A DNA stretch of 64,000 nt from Candidatus Latescibacterota bacterium (lineage in GTDB: Bacteria; Krumholzibacteriota; Krumholzibacteriia; WVZY01): NCBI GenBank assembly GCA_963791045.1, contig CAWBQK010000004.1, positions 96,001-160,000 of the forward strand, written 5' to 3'. This document shows positions 1-9,064 of this stretch, one piece after another. Within the stretch, counting starts at the first letter, position 1. Every line of letters begins with the position of its first letter. The translations under genes were made by a program, and so were the position numbers. The notes below the pieces were generated by a model. The model saw nothing but the letters and a program-made list of their open reading frames with translations. It was not told where the DNA came from and ran no database searches.

Positions 1-1
1 C

Positions 2-250
2 CTGGTATCCGATGTCGATGACCGCTCGGTGTACCGTGTTGTAGATGTCATCGACGGTTCGCCGGCCGATGACGCGGGTCTTGCGATTGGTGACATAATC
101 AGAGGCATTGACGGAAGCAACGCCTCTGAAATTTCACTCGAACAAGTGCGCCGTTTGTTCCGTGGGGACGCGGGCACGCAACTTAAAATCGAATACGAAC
201 GAGACGGCCGTCTCGATACCGCGACACTTGTCCTCAAAAAAGTGATCTAG
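2..250 (+). CDS. C-terminal PDZ domain of a protein truncated by the window edge (possibly aspartyl protease-PDZ or S41-like)
   Basis: Frame open from position 2; VIDGSPADDAGLAIGDIIRGIDG is a typical PDZ signature; ends in TAG at 250. Confidence 0.75.
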   Translation: MVSDVDDRSVYRVVDVIDGSPADDAGLAIGDIIRGIDGSNASEISLEQVRRLFRGDAGTQLKIEYERDGRLDTATLVLKKVI

Positions 251-275
251 GCTCAATTAACAGAAAGAGATCATC

Positions 276-1802
276 ATGCGGGTAGCGCTTTCTTTTATCC
301 TCGTGTTTGCCGTTTTTGTCTCCGTCGCCCACTCCCAGGAACCATTCGATGGCCTGACCATGATTTCTCCCCTGACGACAAACGATAGTTATGTTATCGA
401 TCTTGATTACAACATCGTCAAGACATGGCATGGCACGAATCCCCCGGCAACCATCGCGCAATTGCTGCCGGACGGTTCGATATTCCGGCCGTGTATCGAT
501 CCGGACGCCGTATTTGGTCTTGCGGGCGGTGGCGGACGTCTCCAGTTTATCAATGCCGACGATGTCATCACCTGGGATTATATTTTCTCCGATGACACCA
601 GACGACAGCATCACGATGCCGAACCGATGCCGAACGGAAACGTCCTTATCATCGCATGGGAGAGACATACACAGGCCGAGGCAATCGCCGCGGGGCGACA
701 AGTTGTCGGGGGCGAAATGTGGTTGACGATGATCGCTGAGATCGAACCGGTTGGCGCAACGGGTGGTAATATTGTTTGGGAATGGCACCTTTGGGATCAT
801 CTCATCCAGGACGCCGATCCATCGAAAGACAATTATGGCGTCGTGGGCGACCATCCTGAACTCATGGACATCAACTACGGAAACGTGCCCAACAACGATT
901 GGGATCATGCCAACGCGATTGACTACAATCCGGAGCTCGATCAAATCGTTATTAGTGTTCTAAAGATGAACGAGTTCTGGATCATCGATCACAGCACGAC
1001 AACCGAAGAGGCCGCCGGCCACACAGGCGGGCTGCGCGGACACGGCGGGGATCTGCTCTATCGATGGGGAAACCCGCAGACCTACCGCAGAGGTGATGAA
1101 TCCGATCAGTACTACTTCAATGTGCACGGCGCCAACTGGATCGACCCGTATCTTCCGGGAGCGGGCAATATCTTGACATTCAACAATGGCGACCGGCCGG
1201 CCACCAACGACGACTACTCCAGCGTCGAGGAGATTGTTCCGCCGTTGCAACCGGACGGCAATTATACGATCCTGCCGGGTGAGCCATTTGGGCCCGCCAC
1301 TCCGGTTTGGTCTTATTCACAACCGCCCGCTTTCTACGGGTTCAACCGTTGCGGAGCCTACCGTTTACCCAACGGGAACACGCTGATTTGCGAAACCGCC
1401 GACGCCAATATTTTTGAAGTGGCGATGGACGGCACAAAGGTATGGCAGTACACGGCGCCCGCCGCGGTACACCGCGCGCCGAGATACTGGTACGATATCG
1501 TGGGTATAACGGATCAACCGAGCCGCGCTTCCGTCGTACTCGAGAATTACCCAAACCCCTTCAATCCACAGACCACGATCACGTTTGATTTGCCCGTCAA
1601 CGGTCGCGCGCGGATCGATGTCTATGACGTCACGGGCGGGCTTGTGACCACGCTGTTGGACACACCTATGAGCGCGGGACCCCAACACGTCGCATGGGAT
1701 GGCCGCGACCGTCATGGCCGGCCCGCCAGCTCGGGGGTCTATTTCTACAGACTGACCGCGCCCGGTCTGACGCGAACCAACAAAATGGTCCTGTCTAAAT
1801 AA
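276..1802 (+). CDS. Secreted arylsulfotransferase (ASST)-like beta-propeller protein with C-terminal FlgD-Ig/T9SS-like domain
   Basis: Signal peptide; QHHD, WDHANAIDY and GDLLYRWGNP motifs typical of the ASST family; C-terminal NYPNPFNP...WDGRD...SSGVYFYRL. Confidence 0.8.
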   Translation: MRVALSFILVFAVFVSVAHSQEPFDGLTMISPLTTNDSYVIDLDYNIVKTWHGTNPPATIAQLLPDGSIFRPCIDPDAVFGLAGGGGRLQFINADDVITWDYIFSDDTRRQHHDAEPMPNGNVLIIAWERHTQAEAIAAGRQVVGGEMWLTMIAEIEPVGATGGNIVWEWHLWDHLIQDADPSKDNYGVVGDHPELMDINYGNVPNNDWDHANAIDYNPELDQIVISVLKMNEFWIIDHSTTTEEAAGHTGGLRGHGGDLLYRWGNPQTYRRGDESDQYYFNVHGANWIDPYLPGAGNILTFNNGDRPATNDDYSSVEEIVPPLQPDGNYTILPGEPFGPATPVWSYSQPPAFYGFNRCGAYRLPNGNTLICETADANIFEVAMDGTKVWQYTAPAAVHRAPRYWYDIVGITDQPSRASVVLENYPNPFNPQTTITFDLPVNGRARIDVYDVTGGLVTTLLDTPMSAGPQHVAWDGRDRHGRPASSGVYFYRLTAPGLTRTNKMVLSK

Positions 1803-1840
1803 CTAATCGGCGACCGTTAGGTGTTCGGGAATATTGTACT

Positions 1841-2797
1841 TCAAAAAGAACCGTCTCCCGGTCCTCTTCGCAGCGAGTAACGGCGTTCGGCATACGCCGC
1901 ATCTTCCACCCAGAGCTTGCGGGCGCTCCGTCGGATCAGCGGACGTATTACCGAGCCAAACGTCTTTATGAAAAAATGAAATTGCGGGCGCTCCGACGTC
2001 GCGAGCGTTGCCTCGGTGACAATGGTCCGCCCCGGCTCTACGCGCGTCGCATGGGTCTCGACGACGGAACCAATCCCCTCCCCACCGATGATGGTCATCA
2101 CAATCGTTCTGGGTTCCGGGCAGTAAAAACGAGCATCGACTTCCATACCGAAATTCTTAAAAAAACGATACACCACACGGACTGTTATTGAGTCCTCCCG
2201 CTGATCGATGACCTTGAGACGCGCAAACGAGTGCGGATGGAAGTGAGCGCCGTGCCAGGGATCGAGTCTGTTGGCGATCACATCCTCCGGTTCGCACCGC
2301 GCTTCTTTTTGTATAACGGCGTCGAGAAACCGCACAGGCCTCGGCGGGATTATCGGGGCGGGTGTGCTATCGTCGTCCTCGCAAATTCGGATCCACACAA
2401 GCACACCGTCATCAAATGAAATCACCGGCCGCCACTTTCCGTGCGGTTCACTTCCAAGAACGAGGCCGTGCCACGGGCACACCACGCAATCGTCCTTTAC
2501 CGAACCGTCCGCGAGAGATGCTCCCATGTGCGGACATTCATCCGGCGCCACGACAACGCCCGCACTCGATCTCCACGCAACGTAGTCCCGACCTTCAATC
2601 CGAAATCGGCGGGGTTTTTCCTCGACATCCCGGGACGCCCCAACGACACACCATCCACCCGACGGAAGTTCGAGCGCCCGCTTCAGAGACTTTTCTACCC
2701 AGGGCCGACGCGCCTGGACCCAGTCCGGATCGGTTGATACCGGTTCGGCGGGTTCCAGTCCCCGTCCAAAGAGCTTTAATCCTCCGGATTCCCTCAT
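1841..2797 (-). CDS. Rieske [2Fe-2S] oxygenase-like protein, DUF5914/CrtV-like (carotenoid-cluster associated)
   Basis: CPH...CPWH Rieske ligands; NRLDPWHGAHFH mononuclear Fe-type motif; last gene of the crt operon. Confidence 0.8.
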   Translation of the reverse strand: MRESGGLKLFGRGLEPAEPVSTDPDWVQARRPWVEKSLKRALELPSGGWCVVGASRDVEEKPRRFRIEGRDYVAWRSSAGVVVAPDECPHMGASLADGSVKDDCVVCPWHGLVLGSEPHGKWRPVISFDDGVLVWIRICEDDDSTPAPIIPPRPVRFLDAVIQKEARCEPEDVIANRLDPWHGAHFHPHSFARLKVIDQREDSITVRVVYRFFKNFGMEVDARFYCPEPRTIVMTIIGGEGIGSVVETHATRVEPGRTIVTEATLATSERPQFHFFIKTFGSVIRPLIRRSARKLWVEDAAYAERRYSLRRGPGDGSF

Positions 2798-2846
2798 TCC
2801 AACTCCTTCAAAGACGATGGCGCTCTATCTATCAGATAATCATGTA

Positions 2847-4346
2847 TCAGAATGCAAAGCGTGAGAACATTCCACGCGGTGAAATCGAGTACACCGGCTC
2901 AGGCTCAACACCGAGCTCGCAAAGGTAATGATTCGCCGCTATAAAGCCCGACGCGGCGGCGCGTTCCATAAGCGCGCTCGGAAAAGGCAGTTTGACGAAA
3001 TCCCCCGCTATTGAAACACCGGGGAACGGAGTCTCAACACCGGGCCTCTTTGCATAAGAACCCGGCGCGAACGCGGGGCAATCCTGCCGGACAAAAAACC
3101 GTTCATCGACAATCCGTGCGTCTTTTGTTTCCGGATACAACAAATGCAGCGCGGAAAGAAGCTCCCGCTTCAATCCTTCTTCCTGCCAATCGCTGCCGAC
3201 CGCATAGGCGTGAAGCTCGACCACCGACCCATCATTTTTTTCGGACCACTCGCGGCTCTCATCCTCGAACAACTCGTACACGGATATATTGTCGATTGAT
3301 CCCAACCCTGTCGTTCCTACGAAAGGCGAGCGCCCACTGGCCGAGGGTCGATCGAGCCAAATTCGCCAGACGGCAAACGGATTCGTGAGTGAGAGTCCCT
3401 CTACCGACGCGCGCCATTCGGGATGATCCAGGTCGGGTGAAGCGGCGACGATCTCCCGGATCGCCGGCACCGTTACCGCCAGCACAACTCCACCGGCATC
3501 GACTGACATCGACTCGGTCGAAACGCGCCATCCGTTGTCGCTTCGTCGCCTGATCCCCGTAACCGTTTCACCTTTGAAAATAGACACCCCGCGTCCACGA
3601 AGATAGTCGGCGAAAGGATTCCAGATCGATTTCGAAAACGGCGCGTTAGCCACATCAAAGATCAGACCCTCGGGGTTCCCTGTAAAATAGAAATGAAACA
3701 TCATGAGGAGTTCACCCGCCGACATCTCTCGCTCGGGGTTGAAGAACGAGTGCGCGAACACGTCGAAAAGAAGCCGCCGCGCATCGGGCGGAAAACGGAG
3801 CGAGTCGAGAAACTCACCAGCATTCATGGTATCGCGTCGTTCGTACGTTTTCTTCACATCATAAGTCAGCATCTCCATCGCCCGCCGGGCGTCGACCCGG
3901 GCCAGGTCGCGGAGTGTCAGGGCCGGGGTTCTCGCTGTTAGCGCCATGACATTCCATGGGGTCCGGCGCGGGAGGTTTGAAAAACTCTGCACCTGGCCTT
4001 CCGCCCCAAGGATTGGGTAATCATCGAGCGGAACCAGGAACCCGAGCTCCGCGTCCAACCGCCGAAGAAGCGCTTGCAGGTTGTAGTACTGTCTGAAGAA
4101 AGCGTGAAAACCCCTTTCCATTTCGAAGGTTGTGTCGTCGACAAGCTTGTCAGTCCATGCACCGGCGCGCCCGCCCAGGAACGTCTCTTTCTCGATCAAA
4201 GTGACATCAACACCGCGCTCGGCAAGAACCGTCGCCGCCGAAATACCCGCGATCCCTCCACCGACGACCACCGCGGTCGCGGTCTCGTCGACTCGAGTTT
4301 TCCCTCCGGGCCGCGGCGACATATAAGTCTGTATGGGCCTTCCCAT
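2847..4346 (-). CDS. crtU: Carotenoid phi-ring synthase / isorenieratene synthase-like FAD oxidoreductase
   Basis: GGGIAG FAD motif; GGRAGAW, RGFHAFFRQYYNL, VVELHAYA and ALMERAA motifs recalled from actinobacterial CrtU; crt operon context. Confidence 0.8.
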   Translation of the reverse strand: MGRPIQTYMSPRPGGKTRVDETATAVVVGGGIAGISAATVLAERGVDVTLIEKETFLGGRAGAWTDKLVDDTTFEMERGFHAFFRQYYNLQALLRRLDAELGFLVPLDDYPILGAEGQVQSFSNLPRRTPWNVMALTARTPALTLRDLARVDARRAMEMLTYDVKKTYERRDTMNAGEFLDSLRFPPDARRLLFDVFAHSFFNPEREMSAGELLMMFHFYFTGNPEGLIFDVANAPFSKSIWNPFADYLRGRGVSIFKGETVTGIRRRSDNGWRVSTESMSVDAGGVVLAVTVPAIREIVAASPDLDHPEWRASVEGLSLTNPFAVWRIWLDRPSASGRSPFVGTTGLGSIDNISVYELFEDESREWSEKNDGSVVELHAYAVGSDWQEEGLKRELLSALHLLYPETKDARIVDERFFVRQDCPAFAPGSYAKRPGVETPFPGVSIAGDFVKLPFPSALMERAAASGFIAANHYLCELGVEPEPVYSISPRGMFSRFAF

Positions 4347-5071
4347 TATCCTTCCCTTCTTGCGACAAAGCTATGAACGACTCCACGCTGCCATCCATCC
4401 ATTGCCTCTACCCGAACGTCGACGAACCCCGCTTCTCGCAAACGCGCCGTCAAGGTGAGGACACCGTCAAATTCGAGAACGCTCCGTCTCAGATACCGGA
4501 AGATCGTCGTCGTACCGGTGAAAACAAACCCGAGCGGGATTACGATTCCCGCCGTCACCGCCTTCCAGGTAATCTGACTCCGGCGCGAATCGGCAACCGA
4601 GTATTCGTGCAGGCAGATCGTCCCGCCGGGCGAAAGCAGATTGTTCAGCCTTTTGAGACAGAGATCGGGATCCGTGACGTTCCGAATCCCATAGGCCATC
4701 AGAATGCCGTCGAACGGACCCACAGCCCCCGCGGCGGCAGGATCCATTGCATTCCCCTCTATAAACACCACGTCGCCAAGGGTCTTTTTGCCTTGCGCGA
4801 CGGCAAGCATTCCGGAGGACGCATCGAGCCCGGTAATTTCCGCGTCGGGATACTGTTTTCGTAGCGCGACCGTGGAAAGCCCGGTGCCGCAACACAGATC
4901 GAGAATCCTCGCGGTTTCGGGGAGGCCCAGGCGCTCGGCGCTCCAGCGAAGGTGCTTGGTGTACCCCGGGTTCAATGCACAGAGAAGATCATACCCTTTG
5001 GCAACGCGGTCGAATTCGGAACCGATTTCTCTTTTGTCCGCGGTTAGTCCGAGATTCTTTTCGTTTTTCAT
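4346..5071 (-). CDS. UbiE/MenG-like SAM methyltransferase, CrtT-like
   Basis: ILDLCCGTG SAM motif; IHEYS-like and GWQRGVVHSF C-terminus resemble Streptomyces CrtT; stop overlaps the crtU start (TAATG). Confidence 0.75.
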   Translation of the reverse strand: MKNEKNLGLTADKREIGSEFDRVAKGYDLLCALNPGYTKHLRWSAERLGLPETARILDLCCGTGLSTVALRKQYPDAEITGLDASSGMLAVAQGKKTLGDVVFIEGNAMDPAAAGAVGPFDGILMAYGIRNVTDPDLCLKRLNNLLSPGGTICLHEYSVADSRRSQITWKAVTAGIVIPLGFVFTGTTTIFRYLRRSVLEFDGVLTLTARLREAGFVDVRVEAMDGWQRGVVHSFVARREG

Positions 5072-5093
5072 ACGATCCTTTCGAATCCAAAGA

Positions 5094-5585
5094 TCAATAG
5101 TTGAGCTTGATCCGGATCACAATTGGATCACCAGACGTCAAAAATGATGCAGCTTCAAAACTCGGCGGTCCAAACCGGCCTTTTGCGTTATTGGAAAATC
5201 CGTAACCCTCGCTCGGGCGGCCGATGACATCGGTTTCCATCGAGTCATTTCCGTTTTCATCGTGATACACCGAAACCGCGTAGCGGCCGGACGGCACCAT
5301 TTCGATCGTGAACTCAACGGTCTCACCCGTGATCGGCAACTCCAGACGCCGGTACACTTTTTCCATTTTACCCGGGAATCCTTCGGGTGTATTGAAGAGC
5401 GCGAGTCGTATCACGCCCTCGCTGTGCTCAATCCCTTCGATAACAACCTTTACCGCCGCTGTCTTGCTCGTGTCAATTCCGGCTTCCGACGACGCCCGGC
5501 CCTCCACCCGTTTCGTACAACCGATGGCAATCGATATAAAAAGACCCGCAACAATCACGGCGATTATCGTTTTCAGATTAGTCAT
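5094..5585 (-). CDS. DUF2141 family lipoprotein
   Basis: ATG at 5585 overlaps the crtB stop (ATGA); lipobox IAIGC; GRYAVSVYHDENGN...GRPSEGYGFSNN...FGPPSF. Confidence 0.85.
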   Translation of the reverse strand: MTNLKTIIAVIVAGLFISIAIGCTKRVEGRASSEAGIDTSKTAAVKVVIEGIEHSEGVIRLALFNTPEGFPGKMEKVYRRLELPITGETVEFTIEMVPSGRYAVSVYHDENGNDSMETDVIGRPSEGYGFSNNAKGRFGPPSFEAASFLTSGDPIVIRIKLNY

Positions 5586-6538
5586 ACCGGTAGAACGTCC
5601 TCGGGAAATTGCACACGGCGGCTCGGCGCCGCCAGTCGCGACCCTGATCGGAGTCGAGCCACTGCTCGACCTGGCACTTCGGCGATCGAGCATCCCAATG
5701 CCGCCGACGTGAGTAAGAGCTTTTGAGTCAATGGAACAACGGCTCGCCCGGCGATTGGGTCGCAGTTCGCACGTCGGACTCTCGAGCCGATCGCCGAATA
5801 GACATTTCTCGCCGTCCGAATCGATAGTGCGCACCGCCACGATAGAGCGTGCAGCCCCCTGTCGCCTGAAGCATAGTAGCGCTGAGCCTCATCGAGCAGC
5901 GCGCCCGTCGATCGAGCAACGGCATTTTGCGCATGTTCGGGGAACGCCTGCCCCAGTGAACCGGCAAGGCTTGGACATCCCTCCGCAGCGAGAATTTCTT
6001 CGGGGATGTACAACCGGCCGCGATTCCAGTCCTCGAGAACATCGCGGCAAATATTGGTAATTTGCATCGCCATCCCCAGGTGGACTGCATTTCGGGTTGC
6101 ACGTTCATCCGTCACGCCCATCACGTGACACATCATAAGTCCGACCGTCCCCGCTACGCAGTAGCAGTAGCGAAGAAAAGTCTCCATATCGACGTAGATT
6201 GTGCCGACAACATCCATCTCCATCCCCGAAAGTAAATCGTCAGCGTAATCCCGATAGATCCCGCACTCTTCGGCAACACTTTGAAAGACCGCCAGGACCG
6301 GATCATCGAGGGTTCGTCCTGAATAGACATCATCAAGCTCTTTTCTCAGCCGTTCGAGAGCCGCACTTTCTTCTCCGGGCGCGGCGAGGTCGATGGCATC
6401 GTCGGCCCGTCGACACCACGCGTAGACCACGACGGCACGTTGGCGCACACCATGAGGAAGCAGCCTCGAAGCGAGGGAAAAACTCTTGGAGTGATGACGG
6501 ATGATCTCGTCACACGTCTGCAACGGGTCTTTAATCAC
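5582..6538 (-). CDS. crtB: Phytoene synthase
   Basis: SKSFSLAS, WCRRADDAID, YCYCVAGTVG, QITNICRDVLED, GRLYIP. Confidence 0.95.
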   Translation of the reverse strand: MIKDPLQTCDEIIRHHSKSFSLASRLLPHGVRQRAVVVYAWCRRADDAIDLAAPGEESAALERLRKELDDVYSGRTLDDPVLAVFQSVAEECGIYRDYADDLLSGMEMDVVGTIYVDMETFLRYCYCVAGTVGLMMCHVMGVTDERATRNAVHLGMAMQITNICRDVLEDWNRGRLYIPEEILAAEGCPSLAGSLGQAFPEHAQNAVARSTGALLDEAQRYYASGDRGLHALSWRCALSIRTARNVYSAIGSRVRRANCDPIAGRAVVPLTQKLLLTSAALGCSIAEVPGRAVARLRSGSRLAAPSRRVQFPEDVLPV

Positions 6539-8043
6539 TTGAGAAAATCCTCTATAACGAGTTTAACCGTCGCCTTCGCGGAATTCATCACGCCGGGCAC
6601 ACCGGCCCCCGGATGAGTCCCCGCTCCAACGATGTAAAGACCGGGGATTCGATCGTCACGGTTGTGTGGCCTGAACCACGCGCTCTGTGTAAGCTTCGGC
6701 GCGCAGGAGAACGCCGACCCCATATACGTGTTGTAGACGTCCTTGAAGTTCTGTGGCGTGAACCACAACTTCGTCACGATATGTTTTCGAAGATCCGGGA
6801 GGTCCCTCTCGAGGTACGCAAGAATACGGTCCGCATACTCTTCACCGATTGTGTCCCAATCGAGCGGCGCGTTTCCGAGGTGCGGCACCGGCGACAACAC
6901 GTAAAAGGTTTCGCATCCGGGGGGCGCCAAAGTCGGGTCCGTCACCGTGGGCGCGTGAAGGTACAAACTGAAATCTTCGGGGAGCTTATTGCCGTAAAAA
7001 ATATCGTCGAGCAATCCCTTGTATCGCGGCCCGAACAAGATCGTGTGGTGCGCCACCTGCTCGTCGTATCGTCGGTTGGTGCCGAAATAGAGAACAAAGA
7101 GCGACATCGACCATTCCATTTTCTCCAGCCTGCGCTTCATCGGCGCCGCATCGGCAGCCCCGCCAAGCAACGTCGAATATGTGTGGTGTACGTCGGCATT
7201 CGACACAACGAGATCGAACGGTTCACGCTCTATCGCCTGAGTACTAACAAGATGCCTTGCGCGTCCGCTTCCCTTCTCGACGTCAATCTTTGACACTTCC
7301 GTCGTGAGCCGGATCTCTCCGCCCAGTTCCTGAAAGAGCTTGACTATTGCGCGGACAAGCGCGCCGGTCCCACCCCTGGGGAAAAACACACCCCACTCGC
7401 GTTCAAGGTAATGAATCAGCGTATAAATCGAACTCGTGTCGTACGGATTGCCCCCAACGAGAAGTGAGTGAAAACTAAGCGCCTCCCTGACATGCTCATT
7501 TTTAACATAACCGCTCACTGTCTTGTAAACCGAGCGATCCGCCCTCAAGCGTATGAGCGCGGGCGCGACTCGGATCATATCTCTGAACCGCAGAAAAGGT
7601 GTCGCGGCGAGCTCTGAATATCCAGCAATGAAAACGCGGCGCGCATAGTCCGTAAATTTGAGATATCCGTCCACATCGGAGGGATTCCGCTCCCTGATTT
7701 GCGCGATCATGGATTCGGAGTCACCATTGTAATTGAATGTATCGCCGTCTTCCCAGATGAGACGATAAAAAGGATCGACGGGAATCATCTCGACGTAGTC
7801 TGCAAGAACTCGCCCCGTTTCTGAAAACAGCTCTTCAAAAATCATAGGAGCCGTTATAACCGTCGGTCCTCCGTCGAAAATAAACCCCTGATCTTCGTAC
7901 ACGTACGCCCTTCCACCTGGTCGATCGCGCTTTTCAAATACGGTGGTTTGGATACCCGCGTTCTGCATCAAAACGGCGGCGGCGAGTCCGCCGAAACCGC
8001 TTCCTATCACCGCGGCGCGCGGTGAGGATGTGCCGCTATTCAT
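6535..8043 (-). CDS. crtI: Phytoene desaturase
   Basis: Likely start MNSGTSS at 8043; IGSGFGGLA, FDGGPTVIT, QSAWFRPHN, GAGTHPGAGVPGV. Confidence 0.95.
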   Translation of the reverse strand: MNSGTSSPRAAVIGSGFGGLAAAVLMQNAGIQTTVFEKRDRPGGRAYVYEDQGFIFDGGPTVITAPMIFEELFSETGRVLADYVEMIPVDPFYRLIWEDGDTFNYNGDSESMIAQIRERNPSDVDGYLKFTDYARRVFIAGYSELAATPFLRFRDMIRVAPALIRLRADRSVYKTVSGYVKNEHVREALSFHSLLVGGNPYDTSSIYTLIHYLEREWGVFFPRGGTGALVRAIVKLFQELGGEIRLTTEVSKIDVEKGSGRARHLVSTQAIEREPFDLVVSNADVHHTYSTLLGGAADAAPMKRRLEKMEWSMSLFVLYFGTNRRYDEQVAHHTILFGPRYKGLLDDIFYGNKLPEDFSLYLHAPTVTDPTLAPPGCETFYVLSPVPHLGNAPLDWDTIGEEYADRILAYLERDLPDLRKHIVTKLWFTPQNFKDVYNTYMGSAFSCAPKLTQSAWFRPHNRDDRIPGLYIVGAGTHPGAGVPGVMNSAKATVKLVIEDFLK

Positions 8044-9064
8044 ATGCTTTCTCCAGTTTTTGAACGTCTTCGCAAATATATTGCATGTGCGGCGAATCGC
8101 CGATCGCGTTGTACAAGTCGGTGACGGTCTGTCCGAGATGGGCGTGGATTCGATCATGGGCCATCGGCGCCAGGACTTTTCGCATTCTATCGATGACCTT
8201 TTCGGCATCCCAGTCAATCGATACGGCGTCCGCCTGCCTGGCGATTCCGGCGTATGTCACATCATCGCAATTTTCAGCGAGCCATGCCCACGGCCATGTA
8301 GGCCGCGCGTGGCGTATGTCTTCGATTCCCTTTTCTCTTCGCTTGAGGTTATTGATACCGCTCCAATCGTCAATCATTTGGAGTCCCAGGCCGAAATTGG
8401 CCCCAAACAGCGCCAGCGCCGCTGTCGTCGGTGACGACGCCCCGGCAGCGTGAGCCCCGATCAGCGCAGCCAGCTCCATCAGCGACCCGGTTTTCAGCCG
8501 GGTCGATCGAGCGACGACGATGGGAACCTGCTTCCTGGGCACATTCGTAATCTTCACCGTAAGATCGAGCGCCTGCCCCTTGTGGCATCTGAGCAAACCC
8601 AGGCTGATATCTTCAAAAAGCGCGAGGCGCACCGGCGCATCGAGTTTGACCCGAAAAAGAAGCGTCAGCGCCAAGAAATACATCCAATTTGCTGTATTGA
8701 GAGCGACCGGCACACCGTAGCTCCTGTGCAAGGCCGGCCCACCCCTGCGCGTCTCCGAATCATCCTCAATGTCGTCGATGACGAGGGAGCCGACGTGAAG
8801 CAGTTCGACCAGCACAGGAAGGACGTCGGGCGGTCCTTCGGCCGCCCCACCGGCGAGATGCCATGAGTGCTCGAGGACCGCGGCGCGAACGCCCTTACCC
8901 GAGCGGCTGAGAATATCCCGCGCCGGATCGAGCAGCGCTCGGTTCCAAAACGCCTGATCGAGGTCTTCATAATCGGCGCCTTCCGGCGGCAGACGCTCGA
9001 ACAACCCTCGCATGAGTTCCGAGAGATCGGCGTCGGGTCCCAACAATTTGTCGGCGAGATTCAC
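8036..9064 (-). CDS. crtE: Geranylgeranyl diphosphate synthase (polyprenyl synthetase)
   Basis: GK..R; ELLHVGSLVIDDIEDDSETRRG (first Asp-rich motif); GQALDL; KTG; second motif QMIDDWSG is degenerate. Confidence 0.85.
   Translation of the reverse strand: MNLADKLLGPDADLSELMRGLFERLPPEGADYEDLDQAFWNRALLDPARDILSRSGKGVRAAVLEHSWHLAGGAAEGPPDVLPVLVELLHVGSLVIDDIEDDSETRRGGPALHRSYGVPVALNTANWMYFLALTLLFRVKLDAPVRLALFEDISLGLLRCHKGQALDLTVKITNVPRKQVPIVVARSTRLKTGSLMELAALIGAHAAGASSPTTAALALFGANFGLGLQMIDDWSGINNLKRREKGIEDIRHARPTWPWAWLAENCDDVTYAGIARQADAVSIDWDAEKVIDRMRKVLAPMAHDRIHAHLGQTVTDLYNAIGDSPHMQYICEDVQKLEKAYE

Noticed and set aside
5586-5840. N-terminal extension of the DUF2141 ORF in the ORF track (similar extensions on crtI, STAS, PepSY, ExeA, SIMPL and GT9 ORFs)
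   Set aside because: They overlap upstream genes or a tRNA; downstream ATGs with an RBS or stop-start overlap fit better
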